Source: Paramecium tetraurelia (taxonomy: Eukaryota). From it: a DNA stretch of 57,472 bases. Numbering within the stretch: the stretch's first letter is position 1; each line of letters starts with the position of its first letter. The notes beneath the pieces were generated by a model, which saw only the letters and a program-made list of their open reading frames with translations, was not told the DNA's origin and ran no database searches. Made by a program: the position numbers and the translations under genes. The stretch is taken from assembly GCA_000165425.1 (NCBI GenBank), contig CT868163.1:496001-553472 (forward strand), given 5' to 3'. Below, in pieces: positions 23,531-36,652 of the stretch.

Positions 23531-25228
23531 TCAATTTTGATGGTTATTCATTGCCAAATCCCAAAATTGTTCAACTCCTTTTTCTGCTAGAATTCTCTTT
23601 CCTTCAGCTTCACTCTTAATTTCAATAGTTCTCCATTTATTAAATGCATGTTACTTTGCTACACCTTCCCAAACTAATGTGCAGCCTAGTTTTGAATCAT
23701 CGCATCTCCATTTTATTCTATTCAATAGTAATTTCTTATAAAATTTTATTCCTTTAGGTCCTCCCTCTGCTACTAAAATTGAAGGCACAATCTATTATCC
23801 ATTTTAATTTGCAATTAAGCAAACACCTTATAAACTCACTTATTACGCATTCATATCTACTTTAAATTTCAGTTTCTTAGTTTCTAAATCTGTCGAAGAT
23901 AAATCCTCATCGATTCTAAATACAGCAACCCTGATTTCTTAAGCAGCATCCTTTTACCATTTTTATTTTAATTTGTCTCCTCTTTATTCTTTAGTTAATT
24001 TTCTTTCTTCATTTTATTTTATATGTTTATCTAATCTAGCCTATATTTATCTTCTTACTTCTTATTCAGCCTTACTTGGATCTATTTATGCTTCAGCTCC
24101 CAAGATGGCCATCATATTTTATAAAGTTATTCTTGGTGGAGATGGTTTCTACAAACCTAATCTAATTTTATCTTATTTCTCCTTCTAAATATCCATGCGT
24201 ATTTTTCTCAATCGCTTCTTCCTTTCCTTTTTAGTTAAAAATGAAGGCAAAGCAGCTTTTTCTCTATTTTGTACCAGTTCACTTATAATGAATGGTTTTG
24301 GATGCTCAAGTAATTTGGTTATTTTATCCAATAATATGTTTGTATCTGTGTATTATAATTTCTCTAAAAATGTGATATTCTTTTGTATTTCTTCTTAAGT
24401 ATGGGCTGTGGCAGGCTATTTATGCTCCTACTCACTTTCAATATTTAATGGAATATAATTTGCCTAATATTCGGGAAATAATGGCAAGTCCCACCATTCT
24501 ATATTTGGAATTGGATCATGATGTTTCATCTTCACACAAACTCTTTTAAAACTCGTTTGAACTGAGGTTGTAGTTAAATTTTAGATTTCCTTTACTTCTA
24601 TTTTCTCTTTCTCTTCATCTTAGGGTTGAATAGAGGTTTACTATACTTATTCCTTATCTTTATTGCCATTCTCAATAAAATTAAAAGCCAAAAGTTTTCT
24701 TTTTTATCTTTTTATATTGCTACGTTATATCGTAACATTTTTATCTAAGAATCGTCCTTTGTCATTTAAAGCATCCTTTAAATTGTTCTAAATTTTAAGC
24801 ATTTCTTAAATTTTGTCAAGCTTCTACCTTTCTTAATTTATTTTTAGTGACTTAGCTTAGTCATTTAATCTTATAATTTTTCCAGAGATGTCCTTTAATT
24901 TTCCCTCTTCAGTTTCATAAATTCCTTAAGGCAAGGATCTATCAATTTATTATTTAGGTTCCTTTATTATTTATATTTTCCCTGAATCTTTTAATTTTTA
25001 TATTGCTTTTTCTTTTTTTTTCTTTTGTTTTAGATAAGCCACTAAACTTGCAGTATCTGGTCCAAGTACATCTTTATATTTCGAATCAATGGGCATTGTA
25101 AGCAATTTTCTATTCAAATCTGGCTATTTAAACTTTGGATTCAAATTTGATTATGGGAGATTTTAAGGCTTTCTTTCTAAAAATTAAGGTGTCTAAACAT
25201 CTTTACTCACCCCTTTGTTCTTGTTCAT
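23531..25228 (-). CDS. PRP3: U4/U6 snRNP protein Prp3
   Basis: IPNIEWWD, ITKLLEHP, FLTKKERKK, KIRLGL..P..PRITLQNMM, DPSKAE, FKVDMNAQQ, EGGPKGIKFYKKLLLNRIKW, CTLVWEG. Confidence 0.95.
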
Positions 25229-25616
25229 TTTTATCAATTACTAGATGAATACTCTGTGTAATTAATATTATTAATAAATATATTGTCTGCAAAACCTTAG
25301 ATTTAATATTATATACAAGAAGTTAAAAAATTATTTATATGAATTTGGTTGAGCTTTAGATCAAAATTTAAATTTTAACCAATATTAACTCCTATATAAA
25401 GAGGTAAAAGAATTTTTTGTTTGAAATTTAAGAAAATAAAATAACTCATTCCAATAAATTAAGTTCAAATAAATTAGTAATTAAAAAATTGAAAGAACTA
25501 CTATTTTACTTAATGAATAATTCAAGGATGAATAACATAGATCTCAAAATTTATTATTAATTCAGATATTATTTATGAAAAATATGAATAAATTGTATTT
25601 TGATTTTTATAATAAA

Positions 25617-27524
25617 TCATGATAAATTTGTATAATTGAAATCATTGCATGAAATTTAACTTTCATGCTTTAGAATAAATTAATAAACTTATTAGCATTC
25701 CAAATGATTCAAAAATGTCAAATATATTTGTTTGTCTAAAGTTACAATATGCAGAGTCCTATTATTTGTTTTACAAAAATTGATTATTAGGTCATAGTCA
25801 ATATGACAAATATATTCTCTTTAATCTGAGGGAAGACTACAAATCAAACCTCTAAAAGTGATATTTAATATTATTTTTGAATTAGGAGCACTGCTCATTT
25901 AGCTTAACTCTTTAAATGAACACTTAAACGTTGTGCCTAAAAAACGAGGGTATTAGTCTAAAATCTGAAGAATCTTATATCTTGCATCTCTTGAATTAAT
26001 GACTCTTTATTAATGATAAAGTTATATAATTTTACTCAACCTCTCATTTGAATCAAAGGTATTCTTCTTAAATAAAGGAATGTATTCATTCAAATCAATC
26101 TATTCTGCTTTAAAATGTCTTTTTGGACCGTAGTCAGCAGCCAATTTAAGGGAACAAATCAATTCTATTTCATCTTCATCCAATGGGAAGAACTGTAAAA
26201 TATATTCCATAATTTTACATCACTTAAATAATCCTAGATGGCTATCATATATGCTAAGGTGAATATTTCTAAATTTTAATATGGTGATGATATTTTGATT
26301 AATTTAATCACTAATTTAAAAGAAGGTTGGGGAGTGTTAACAATTTCTGTTAATTTATTATAAGTTTAAATATGATCTTTGACGATTTTGAATAAATAAT
26401 CATCATCATCTAAATAAATTTCATTTATTCTTTTATTTGTTTTAATTAAACATAAACATAAAGAGTGTCGATGATTTAAATTTAATTATTCTGCAATGTG
26501 ATTTAATATATCACCACATTTAACATCAACTTGCATTTCCATCTGAAACTTTGCAAAATGATAGAAAGATATTTCATACATTAATGGTTTCATATGCATT
26601 ACTTTGTTTATATCTTACTCAGTGAGAAATAGTTGATCTAAATATATAATTAAATTTACCACTCTTTATTGTATAATTGCGATAAATTCTATTTAAAATG
26701 AAATTACAATAATTTTAATGTAAGGAATTATTTTCCTTTCTTTGATAAAAATAATTGAATAACGGTTTAAAATAATTTTTGCTTGGACAGAACATAGTAG
26801 CATATACTGCCATCAATTAATAATAATAAATCAAATATGATGTGTTATTATTCTAAATCTGCTTTACTATTTACATGTAAATTTCATCCTTTATAGTCTA
26901 CTCCTGATGAGCAATAATCTCCAAAGCCTTTTGAACTTAAATTTATTTAAATGTTATATATACGATGAAATATAGGTTAGTTTAAGGAGTCTATTTCTTT
27001 GGTGAAACGTAAAATATGATATAGTATTGTTTTTACAATTTCATTTTAATCATTATTAAGTGTCAATACACAATTTTTGAGATCTATGTCCTTTTGATAT
27101 TAGAAATATATTTATGTCTTTATTGTACCAAAAAAAGAAGCACTTTTCTTTAAAACACTAAAACTGAAGGTTTGAAAATCTGCGAATTTGATATGATCTA
27201 TGAATTCCTAAGGGTATTATTTCTCATCAAAAAAGCAATCTTTAGAATAGGCTTTATAAACCACTTTAAAAAAAGGATCTAAATAGTTTTCTAAGGCTAT
27301 TTCTGTTTGCTTATTATGGAATTAGATATACTCTAATATTACAAGAAGGGATGTTATTCTTTTAATAAATTGTCATAACATGGAGACAAAGGAGAGTCGA
27401 CATTGTAATCGCTCTAGTTATTTTCATAGTCTTCCGACTCTGACTCTTAATTTACATACTCAACACTACAATTTTCATCATATTCATTCTCATTCTCAAC
27501 ATTAATGGATGTTCGATTATTCAT
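25617..27524 (-). CDS. MyTH4-FERM domain protein without motor domain
   Basis: Acidic N-terminus from ATG 27524; MyTH4-like ITKPIFH...YKDEIYMQIVKQIQNN...YQLMAVYATMFCPS; FERM-like LICSLKLAADYG...EYIP...YPRFLGTTFKC. Confidence 0.8.
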
Positions 27525-27549
27525 TAATTTTATAATTATATTATATTTT

Positions 27550-28717
27550 TCATTATCTCAATTATCCATTTAATACATAATGATCTTTAATCAAAAACAG
27601 ATCTCTTTCGACAAGATTTAAAATATTCACCAATTATTAAATTTAGCTATTTCTGAAATTTCTATAATCATTATAGTCTTCAGCCAAGGATTTACACATG
27701 TTGTCTTTATCAATCTACAATTAATTCTTAATTTCATAGATCTCTGTAATCTTATTCAATTATTCTTAGAAATATTTCAGTTCTTTTTCAATTTATACTT
27801 ATTATTCCTAAATAGTGTTATCAAATTTTCATACTTGTAATACTTCGATTTCCTGTTAAATTTATTAGATATTTTATTGATAATAATTGATGTTTGTTTA
27901 GAAATGATTCATATTTTCATCAAATTGCTTTCTTATTTAATTTCTATTTTACTCAATTATTTCTTGTATTTGGAGGATTATTTTATGTAACCTAATAAAA
28001 TTTGAATATGAATACTTTTCAAAATTTTAATCCTGTTTTTCAAACTAAGATATTAAGAGCTTAATAAAATTATTATATGCTTGCTTTTTTATCATTTTGT
28101 TAATAACTTTTATATGCTCTTGCATCTCTTATTTTAATTGCAATAAGTATTGGCTCTTCTGATTGCTAAGTTAACTCAACACTTTCTTTTCAAATTAGAA
28201 TCTTAGATATTGTAGGAGTTCCAATAGTTCCTAATTTGTAAAAATTTACCTACATCACATTCTTTGAGATTTTGAACTTGATTTTCTTTCTCTTACTCCA
28301 TTTATTTATTGTATTAATTAAGTTATTCTTAATTAAATTGTAGTTCTTTTTGTTTTTATTAGGAAACTTATAATTCGAATGAATTATTTAACAATTTCAT
28401 TTTTTATTTTATGGATGATTCCTCATACTTGATTGCAATGATATCATGTTATAAATCATTAGTATTGCAATTTTCATATTCTTGTCTGAAATTAGCATCA
28501 TCGATAATCTATTCTTCATTCATAGAACTATAAATCTCTTACAAAATTGATTTCAATCTAATTTCATTATATTAATATACTTATTCTCATCATACTGAAG
28601 TTGCAGTAAGATAGTCTGTTCTAATGATTATCCAAATGAAGTTTATTTTAAATCATCTAATAATTATAAGTGCCCAGTTGCGAATGTAATTATTAATAAA
28701 AACGATATAAATTTCAT
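27550..28717 (-). CDS. Divergent trichocyst-matrix-like secreted coiled-coil protein
   Basis: Signal peptide MKFISFLLIITFATG; LKQTSFGQSLEQTILLQL; long coiled coils; C-terminal YRNFRNSQIQQLVNILNLVE. Confidence 0.65.
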
Positions 28718-29829
28718 GATTATATTACTAATGTTATATAATTTATTTTTTTTATATGAAAATATAAGTTCTTAAATTATGAGTTTTTTAAGTCTAAATC
28801 ACTTTGCAATTTCTGATACATAAATTCCAATAAAGAGATACCTTATTTATATTGCAAATAGCAAAATATAAAAAATAATTAAAAGTAAGAGATCATAAAA
28901 GCAAATCAGCATAGAAGTATGATATTTAAGAATGCAAAAAGAGTTCATTTAATGTTTCATTAAAAGGATAATCAATATTTCATGAGAATTGACAAATATA
29001 TAATAAACAGAAATTCAAAATTGCAAAAAGCAATATTAAAACAAGCTCTCTGAATCTACATTTTTATCCTCAAATGATAAATAAATAGTCTAATTAGATG
29101 TTATTTTTAATAACAATAAAATATTTTAAATATAAATTTTAAGTATGAAAACTACCAAGCTATAATTAAATAGTAGTTCCATTAGAAACCACTCCTTGAA
29201 TTCATAAACAATTAAACAAAACTTTAATTATCTAGGAAAGTAACTTTTGGTTTGCCAATACATCTACAATCATTATAAACCTCTAAAGGATCAAATAGAT
29301 AATATAAATTACTTAATTACTTCTGGATCACATTGGTTCAAAAGTTGATAACACCAATATTGTAATTTTATTCATTTAAAATTAAATTATTGCTGATTAT
29401 CATCCATCTACTTAGTATCCATGTGCTTCAAATAAAAATTGCAAATTTATAATATAAATATAAATTGTGTTTAATAATTTACATTGCTTATGGGTCAACT
29501 CAAAACTTGCTAAGATTAACTATGATTCTATTCTAAGACTAAATTTATAAATATCAAAAGGAAAATGGATAGTATCTATAAAAATCTATTCATGCTTTTC
29601 AAAAATAATAAAAATTATTTATCAAACAGGAAATGAACTTATTCATTCATTATGTAATAATCTTAGGCTCCTTCTTATTAATTGAAGAATCTCTAGCGAA
29701 TTTTTGTAAAAAGAATTATTGACAAAAATGTTATTAAATTCAGTTTTATCATTTAATTTTATTATTATTATGGACATTTAAAAAGGAATTTTAATTAGTT
29801 TATTTTATTAATATAATTCATTAATTATA

Positions 29830-30078
29830 ATGTAAGACTCCCTAAACTCAAGTTTAGACTCAATAGAATTAGAGATTTACCACAAACCCAATCCAAAGAT
29901 CAAATCGATTATGGAGTATCTAAGAAACTCAAATTTGTAATTTTGCACGGATCCAAAAAAAAAATAAGATGATTATTATTCAAACTTAACTGAACCCATA
30001 GATCAGTTTTCATTAAGAAGGAATAAATTTGTAAATAGAAAAAAAAATGAAATCTCAATAGATTGCCCAGCTCTTTGA
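29830..30078 (+). CDS. Small hypothetical protein (82 aa)
   Basis: Intronless code-6 ORF MQDSLNSSLDSIELEIYHKPNPKIKSIMEYLRNS...ISIDCPAL*. Confidence 0.55.
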
Positions 30079-30627
30079 TTGTATATAGTGTTTTAAAAAG
30101 TTATTGTAAATATTTCGCTTTTTTCATTTTGTGATATTTCAAAATCACTTATTTATAATTTCTGAATTAACGAATTTCAGTATTTACTCTTTAAGTTATT
30201 TTCTTTTCATAAATGTTAGCTCACTCTCAGTGGTTGATATTTAAATTGCATAGAGTGGTTCTGATATATGAGCAAAGATGTTTACTTGCCATGTAGATAG
30301 TTTTAGAATTTTTGATAAAGTTGGACTCTAATAAAAATTTGAATCCTTTACCTTTACTTTATTCAATCTTGGAAACCCTTTTAAATGGATAAATAATATA
30401 AAAATTCAATAATATAAGAGATTTATGGTTCCAAAGAGGGAAATATAACTTAGTATTAAACCATCTAAATGTTACGCAGTTTTAAGTTATAATTATGATG
30501 ATGCAGATAATTATAGAATTACTTCTATCAAATAATTAAATTAAAAAATTAATTTGCAATAATTTACCAATAACCCAGCAAATCGAAATAACAATATTTC
30601 CCTCTTAAATTATTTAAATTAGTGAAG

Positions 30628-31435
30628 ATGTTTGAAGCCAAGTTTCAGGTTGGAGCATTATTTAAGAAGATTGTTGAGGCAATTAAGGAATTAGTAAAGA
30701 ATGTAAATTTAGAAACAAATGGGATAGGAATTTCATAATGGATAGATAATGATTAAATAACTTAGATTATGGATGCTATGCATGTAGCTTTAGCAGCATT
30801 CAAATTAAATGGGAAGGTTTTCAAGAAATACTGATGTGAAAAGTCGTTAACTTTGGGTTTTGGTTTTGAAAATTTATAATAAATTCTAAGAACGAAGATT
30901 AAATAACTTTGGGAACTTAAGATGAAGAACTAACAACATCATCCTTTACATTTGAATAGATTAGATAGAATAGGTGAATTTTAATTAAATTTAATGTCCT
31001 TAGATTAGGAATGGTTACGAGTACATGAAACAGACTACTCCTCAATAATTAGAATGTCATCAAATTTATTCACAAAGATCCACAGAGAGTTAGGAAATAT
31101 CAATCAAGCTGTTGGCATTGAAACATCGAAAGGTTTTATGTTAAGGGAGACATTTGAGAAGGTCAGGCTTCTGTTAAACCTATAACTCAGACAAGCTAGA
31201 GGAATATGAAGTATTTGAAGTTATAAACAAGTGAATTTAAGTAAAGCAGCGAGGTAAAATCATAATGATTATGATGGATAATTCAAATTTATTTAATAAA
31301 GCACCTACATTATCAAATTAATTGATATTGTTAATGTCTTAAGACCAGCAATTAATAATCGAGTATACAATTGGAGTTATGGGATCTTTGAAATTGTATT
31401 TAGCCCCTAAAATAAATGATGAAGAATCTTAATGA
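30628..31435 (+). pseudogene. PCNA: PCNA pseudogene
   Basis: MFEAKFQVGALFKKIVEAIKELV...MDAMHVAL...Y*CEKSLTLG (TGA 30832-30834 at the conserved YRC Arg)...GSLKLYLAPKINDEE; further frameshifts and deletions. Confidence 0.9.
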
Positions 31436-31468
31436 CCAATTTTTATATTAAAATATTTTTAATTTGGT

Positions 31469-32194
31469 ATGTAATAATAATAAAAACAACCAATTCATGA
31501 AAGGCGCCGTAGAAGTGGAGCTTTGCATGCCTAAACATGTGAGGAATATCTGAAAGTATGATGTAATTGTATAATTCAAGAAATATGAATAAATTGGACA
31601 GATAGTAATAAGAGAGAGTTCAAGAAAAAAGAGTTTATCAGAATCTGCATTTCTCAACTTTGACTTTATACCTGGAGACGAAGGAATGGAGGACTTATGT
31701 TAGCTGAAAATCTTGATCTATTCCCCAAAATTGAAGATGAATGAATAAGAATTTTTGCAACTTTTGAAGCGAACAAGAAATAGATCAATCACTACTGATA
31801 ATTTACCAAATGTACGTTAGACATTTGATTACGATTTCTTTTATAGAGAATATGAAGTCAATGAGAAACATTTTGGTCTCCATTTTTGGGTCGAGAATAA
31901 TCCAAAGCACAAGCACTCTCTCATTTTTTCAGGTATGTATGACTAAAACCTAATAATAATAGAGAATTACTATCGGTTCTTTAATGCAGCTATACTATTA
32001 TAGCGTGATCTCAATGTAGAGTCAATAATAAGAGAAAATAATCCTAACTGTATGATTAAATTTTTCCCATTTGTAAATGTTTTCGTATATTAACTAGATG
32101 GATGAATTGCTTATGGAATCACTCTAATCTATTATTGCTGAAGTAAAAGTTTTATATACTAAACAAGATCTGTCATAGCAACATCAAATCTTGA
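31469..32194 (+). CDS. Hypothetical protein with degenerate small-GTPase-like C-terminal half
   Basis: MQQQQKQPIHERRRRSGAL...; several short GT-AG introns restore the frame; LKILI...HFWV...NYYRFFNAAILL. Confidence 0.7.
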
Positions 32195-32258
32195 TTCATC
32201 ATATATTAATCTACTTGTATACAATAATTATATATATGAAATAAATATATATAATAAA

Positions 32259-33878
32259 TCATTAAAATTTATTGCCTTTTTTTATTACATATTGATGCAT
32301 AATATCCTTCATAATAATATTATTCATAGGTCTAAAAACAGTGGGTCCACTTGCCAATTTCTCAAATATGTTATTCAATTAAAGAAAAGATCTTTTGTAA
32401 TTGCTAAGATTATCAGATATTGTTTCTAAGAGCACTCTTTTGTCTTGAGCAGGAGCAGACTTAGGAGCATTTTATAGTTCCCCAATAATTTCTCTATACA
32501 AAAATCCCCATTTATCAATAATTTGATCTGCAACCCTATTTAAGTAGTTTGATTCAGACTTCTTGAATTATTTCCACTTCTGTTAAATATATTTGATCTT
32601 CAAATAAAACGATTGCATTTTATTCATTCCATTGGAAAGATGACCATATCTATACAGAAAATGATTGAGTATTGAATAAGCCCTTTTGGTAGCATTGTTT
32701 CTCATAAGTTTAGCCCCAAAATAAAATAGAATATTTGTGTCAAGATAGATAGCCTCTTTTTTCCCATTTTAATATCTGCTACTAATCTTATTTAGCATAA
32801 TTCTCATGAACTTTCTACAACAAACTTAAACCTTATTACTAATAACTATTCTCATGACTCGTTTCTATTTAAATTTAGACATACATAATATTAATGTTTG
32901 ATCTTCTTGGCTAACAATGTAATAACTAGTAATTCTAACCATAAGATATCAATGTTGCTGATATGGAACTTGATTTCACTTCTTAATCTTTGCACTCTTG
33001 ATTGCAATCTATCTATTTCATGAGTGTAAGAAGATTCCAGTAATTGAACTTTCTTATTAAAGTAAATGGCAGACTTCTTCTTCATCATTTCTTCAATTAA
33101 TGAATTCTTTTGTTTAGTATTTTTGATCTTAAAATCCAATATTAATTTGAATTTCACTTATGATTCCTTATTAGATCGGATAAATGATGAGCTTGTTTTA
33201 GGCTTATGCACTACCAACATATAGGTTATTAATCATACATGAGAGATTACTTCGATAAGTATAACTGCCTGGTTCTCGAGATGTCAATAATTCTCTAGGA
33301 AGTTAGAGCATTGGAGTTTATTATCTTTTCTAAAGGCTTCTATTGGTGTTCAATTAATGAACCCCTATTGTTGCTTTGATCTTCAAATCTGTGTATTTGT
33401 CAGTGTATATTGACAAGTATACATAATCGCATTTGAATTTTGTGATATGAGATGGTGGTTCTGTAAATTAAAATCTTGATTTATTCTAGTCTATAAATGG
33501 CTACCTTTACAATCACTTGTAAACTATTATTTAATATATTTGGACTATCAGTTATTGATGATACAAATATTTTAATCAAACATTAAGTATTGTTAGATTC
33601 ATAGACAAAACTCAATGGTTTTGCTAATTCCTTAACTTTAATCTTTATATATTTGAAGATGCTTGGATACATTTGTAAAGTTATGCTTTAATTGATCAAA
33701 ATTTCTTATATTAATTATAAATGTTTGTACCCAATCGATCAGGTTAGCGCTTTAATTGGACTTGATCTGGTTATGAATATGTCTTTCTATGACCTACTTC
33801 ATATTGCTTGAACTCTTTTGTAGTGATATCATCGATAAGTTTTAAGTTTGCAGTGTAGTCTAGTTCATTTTTATACAT
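32259..33878 (-). CDS. Hypothetical ciliate-type protein with coiled-coil C-terminus
   Basis: ATG 33878 MYKNELDYTANLKLIDD...; short introns; YIKIKVKELAKPLSF...IFVSSITDSP; TGA at 32259. Confidence 0.7.
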
Positions 33879-33888
33879 TATTATTTTA

Positions 33889-36131
33889 ATGAATAAAGAA
33901 TCTCGCTATGCATATGTAACAATTCAAATTAATTTGACTAGACAAAATCGTCCATGTCTCCAAATAAGAATCAAAGATCTTCTGAAGCTAATGCCACCTA
34001 CTCTACAGGTTTTTCCAAAAAAACAACAAACAAGGCACCTCAATCAAATTAAACACCAATTTCAAGTTAATTGCCAGAAATTACCAAAAAGAAAACTAAA
34101 AATGACATACTCTGCTATTCTTAAGAGTTTCAAGATATACTTCAGGTTGAAATTGATGAGAGGTAAAGATTTATTACTAAATTAAAGGTATCGATATTTG
34201 GTTAAAAATGGAACAATCAAAAAGATCGAGAATGGAGGAAACATTATTTTCTCTGAATTATAACAAATACCTGGCATTTGGGTTTGTTATAGACGACCCA
34301 TGGAAAGATCTAATAACTTAGAAAAATTAAGTCTTGATTATTTAGATTTGACTCATATGCCATTATTGGAAGGAGAAGAAAAGTTAAAAATTCTCACGTA
34401 TCAACATAATAGAATATAATCAATCCAAAATCTTGTTTCATTGCCAAATCTACTATATCTAGACTTGTATGACAATTAACTTAAAGAAATTGATGAATTA
34501 AAATAAGTTTAAAAATTGAAAGTGCTATTGTTACCAAAAAATTAAATCAGACGAATATAAAATTTAGATCATCTCACCAAATTAGAAGTCCTGGATTTAC
34601 ATAGCAATCGTATTATTAATTTAGAAGGATTAAGTAAATTGAAAAGTCTCAAAATTTTGAATGTCGGTAACAATCTAATCACAAAATTGGAAGCACTTGA
34701 AGAATTAAATTCTTTAATTGAATTAAACATTAAAATGAATTAAATTGAAAACATAGATCACTTATAAGGTATATTCATATTTTTAATTTAGTCCTCCCTT
34801 AATTATAAAAATTATTTATGTCTTAAAACAAAATAAACTCTTTCCCTTGCATTTTCAACCTATCTGAATTATCTCTTGAAAACAATCCCATTTAAACCAA
34901 CAAATCTGATTACTATAGATATATCTGCTAGACTTTTGAGACATTAAGAATTTTAGATGGGAAACCTATAGATTAGATCAAATAAGAAATTTTGTTTGCT
35001 GAAATACCAAAAACTGAACCAATCAAGAAGAAAACTGTCAATCAACAACCACAATAATAATAGCAGATCTAGCAAAAGACAAAAAAGCCCAATTAAATGG
35101 GCCTAGAAATTCTTGGAGTGGCTTCAGAGTTTAAAACAAAGGAGGATATTGTTCCTTTTGCCTAAATTAAAAAGGACCCAACAACTTATAAAAATTCATT
35201 AGGTTAATAATAAAGTTAGTAGTAATAACCCTTAAGAGAAACAATACCAAGTATAAAGAACTCTTTGACAAATACTGCTGCTGCTTAAGAAGATGATATT
35301 TTAGTATTGATTAAAAAATAATGGACAGCAGAATCTAGAAGAATTTAAACACTAGAAAAAAATAATTAATTTAATAAGAAGAGCTGTTTAGAACATTAAC
35401 TTGTAGAAGGAGGGCATGCTGAAGTCGAGGATGTATACCATTGTGTATAATATTTAGGATGTCTTTTTGCTGATTTATGGCACAGCTTCGGCTATGGTAT
35501 TACCAACTTAAAATTTTAGTTAAATAATTGAAAAAATCCATTTTTAATATGTATTCTTTGATTCTATCATTGACACTTAATTGACAATTCTACAAGATTA
35601 TTCAAAATTAAGAGAATTAATTTTAAAGGATAATTACATCAATAGTCTGTTACAATTAGCCAAATTAGAAGTAAATTATAGAATACATATCAAAGCATTT
35701 AAATGAAATTCAAAAATTAACAATACTAAACAATCCAATTAATAACTGCTCCTTCATGTTTTAATTTTTGGTGTATAGGTTTCCATCCATGATTTAAATT
35801 AATGGGAAAGATATAAGAAATGATGATAGGCAAAAAGTATATTGTTATATATTATTTAGGCAAAATAATTATTCTCCAATTTTGACAAATCATTGTAGAT
35901 TCCAGAAAAATTATAAAATTTTGAAAATATACGACAACTAAAGAGTTTCTAAAAGGATAGATCCTATATCAAACAATTTCATAAATGTTTGAACGATGTT
36001 TCAAATGAATAAAAGATTGTATATAAATATCGAAAGACTGTAAAATATGTTTATTATATATTAAGTTTGACAATACTTATGAAGAATACTTGATTTAATT
36101 AATCCAATAATGTAAAGAGAAAGAAAAATGA
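33889..36131 (+). CDS. LRRC49: LRRC49-like leucine-rich-repeat protein (tubulin polyglutamylase complex/centriolar)
   Basis: IPGIWVCYRRPMERSNNLEKLSLDYLDLTHMPLLEGEEKLKILTYQHNRI...LLYLDLYDNQL...LKVLLLPKNQI...LEVLDLHSNRI matches the LRRC49 N-terminal pattern; second LRR block near the C-terminus; start may be ATG 33954. Confidence 0.85.
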
Positions 36132-36652
36132 TTTATATTTTTCATTTAATATTATAAATACTAAAAAAATTCAGATTATAGATTTAATCAAACCTTAGAC
36201 TTTAAAATACACACCATCCACTTCCCTTTGAAATTATTAATCATCTTCAACCCTAGATAATTTTACATTCCTTGTTTTGAAGTTCCTTTTATTGATTGTT
36301 AAATTTCTTCACATTCTAAACATCATTTCTTTATTTTTAAAAGAGTCTCCGTTTTCTTTCTTGATTTCTGGCAAAATTATACTTAAGAACCTCATTTAAA
36401 TATATAAAAATGATTCTTTTTGAATTCTCTAAATAAACTCCTTTTCCATAATATTTTTACATATGTCTGCTAATTTATTTTATTCATTTTAACTAAAACA
36501 ACCTACTGCATTTGCAAATTACAACAATAGTTTTTGTATATATAACAATCTCACTTCGACTGATATTAATTTTCAATTTTTAAATTAGACAAAATATTAT
36601 CTTATTAAAAATATTATATAATTATTTGATCAAACATAGTAAATTATATTAA

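Noticed and set aside
30832..30834. In-frame TGA in PCNA as possible selenocysteine/readthrough
   Set aside because: Position is a conserved Arg (single-base change from AGA/CGA) and the gene has additional frameshifts
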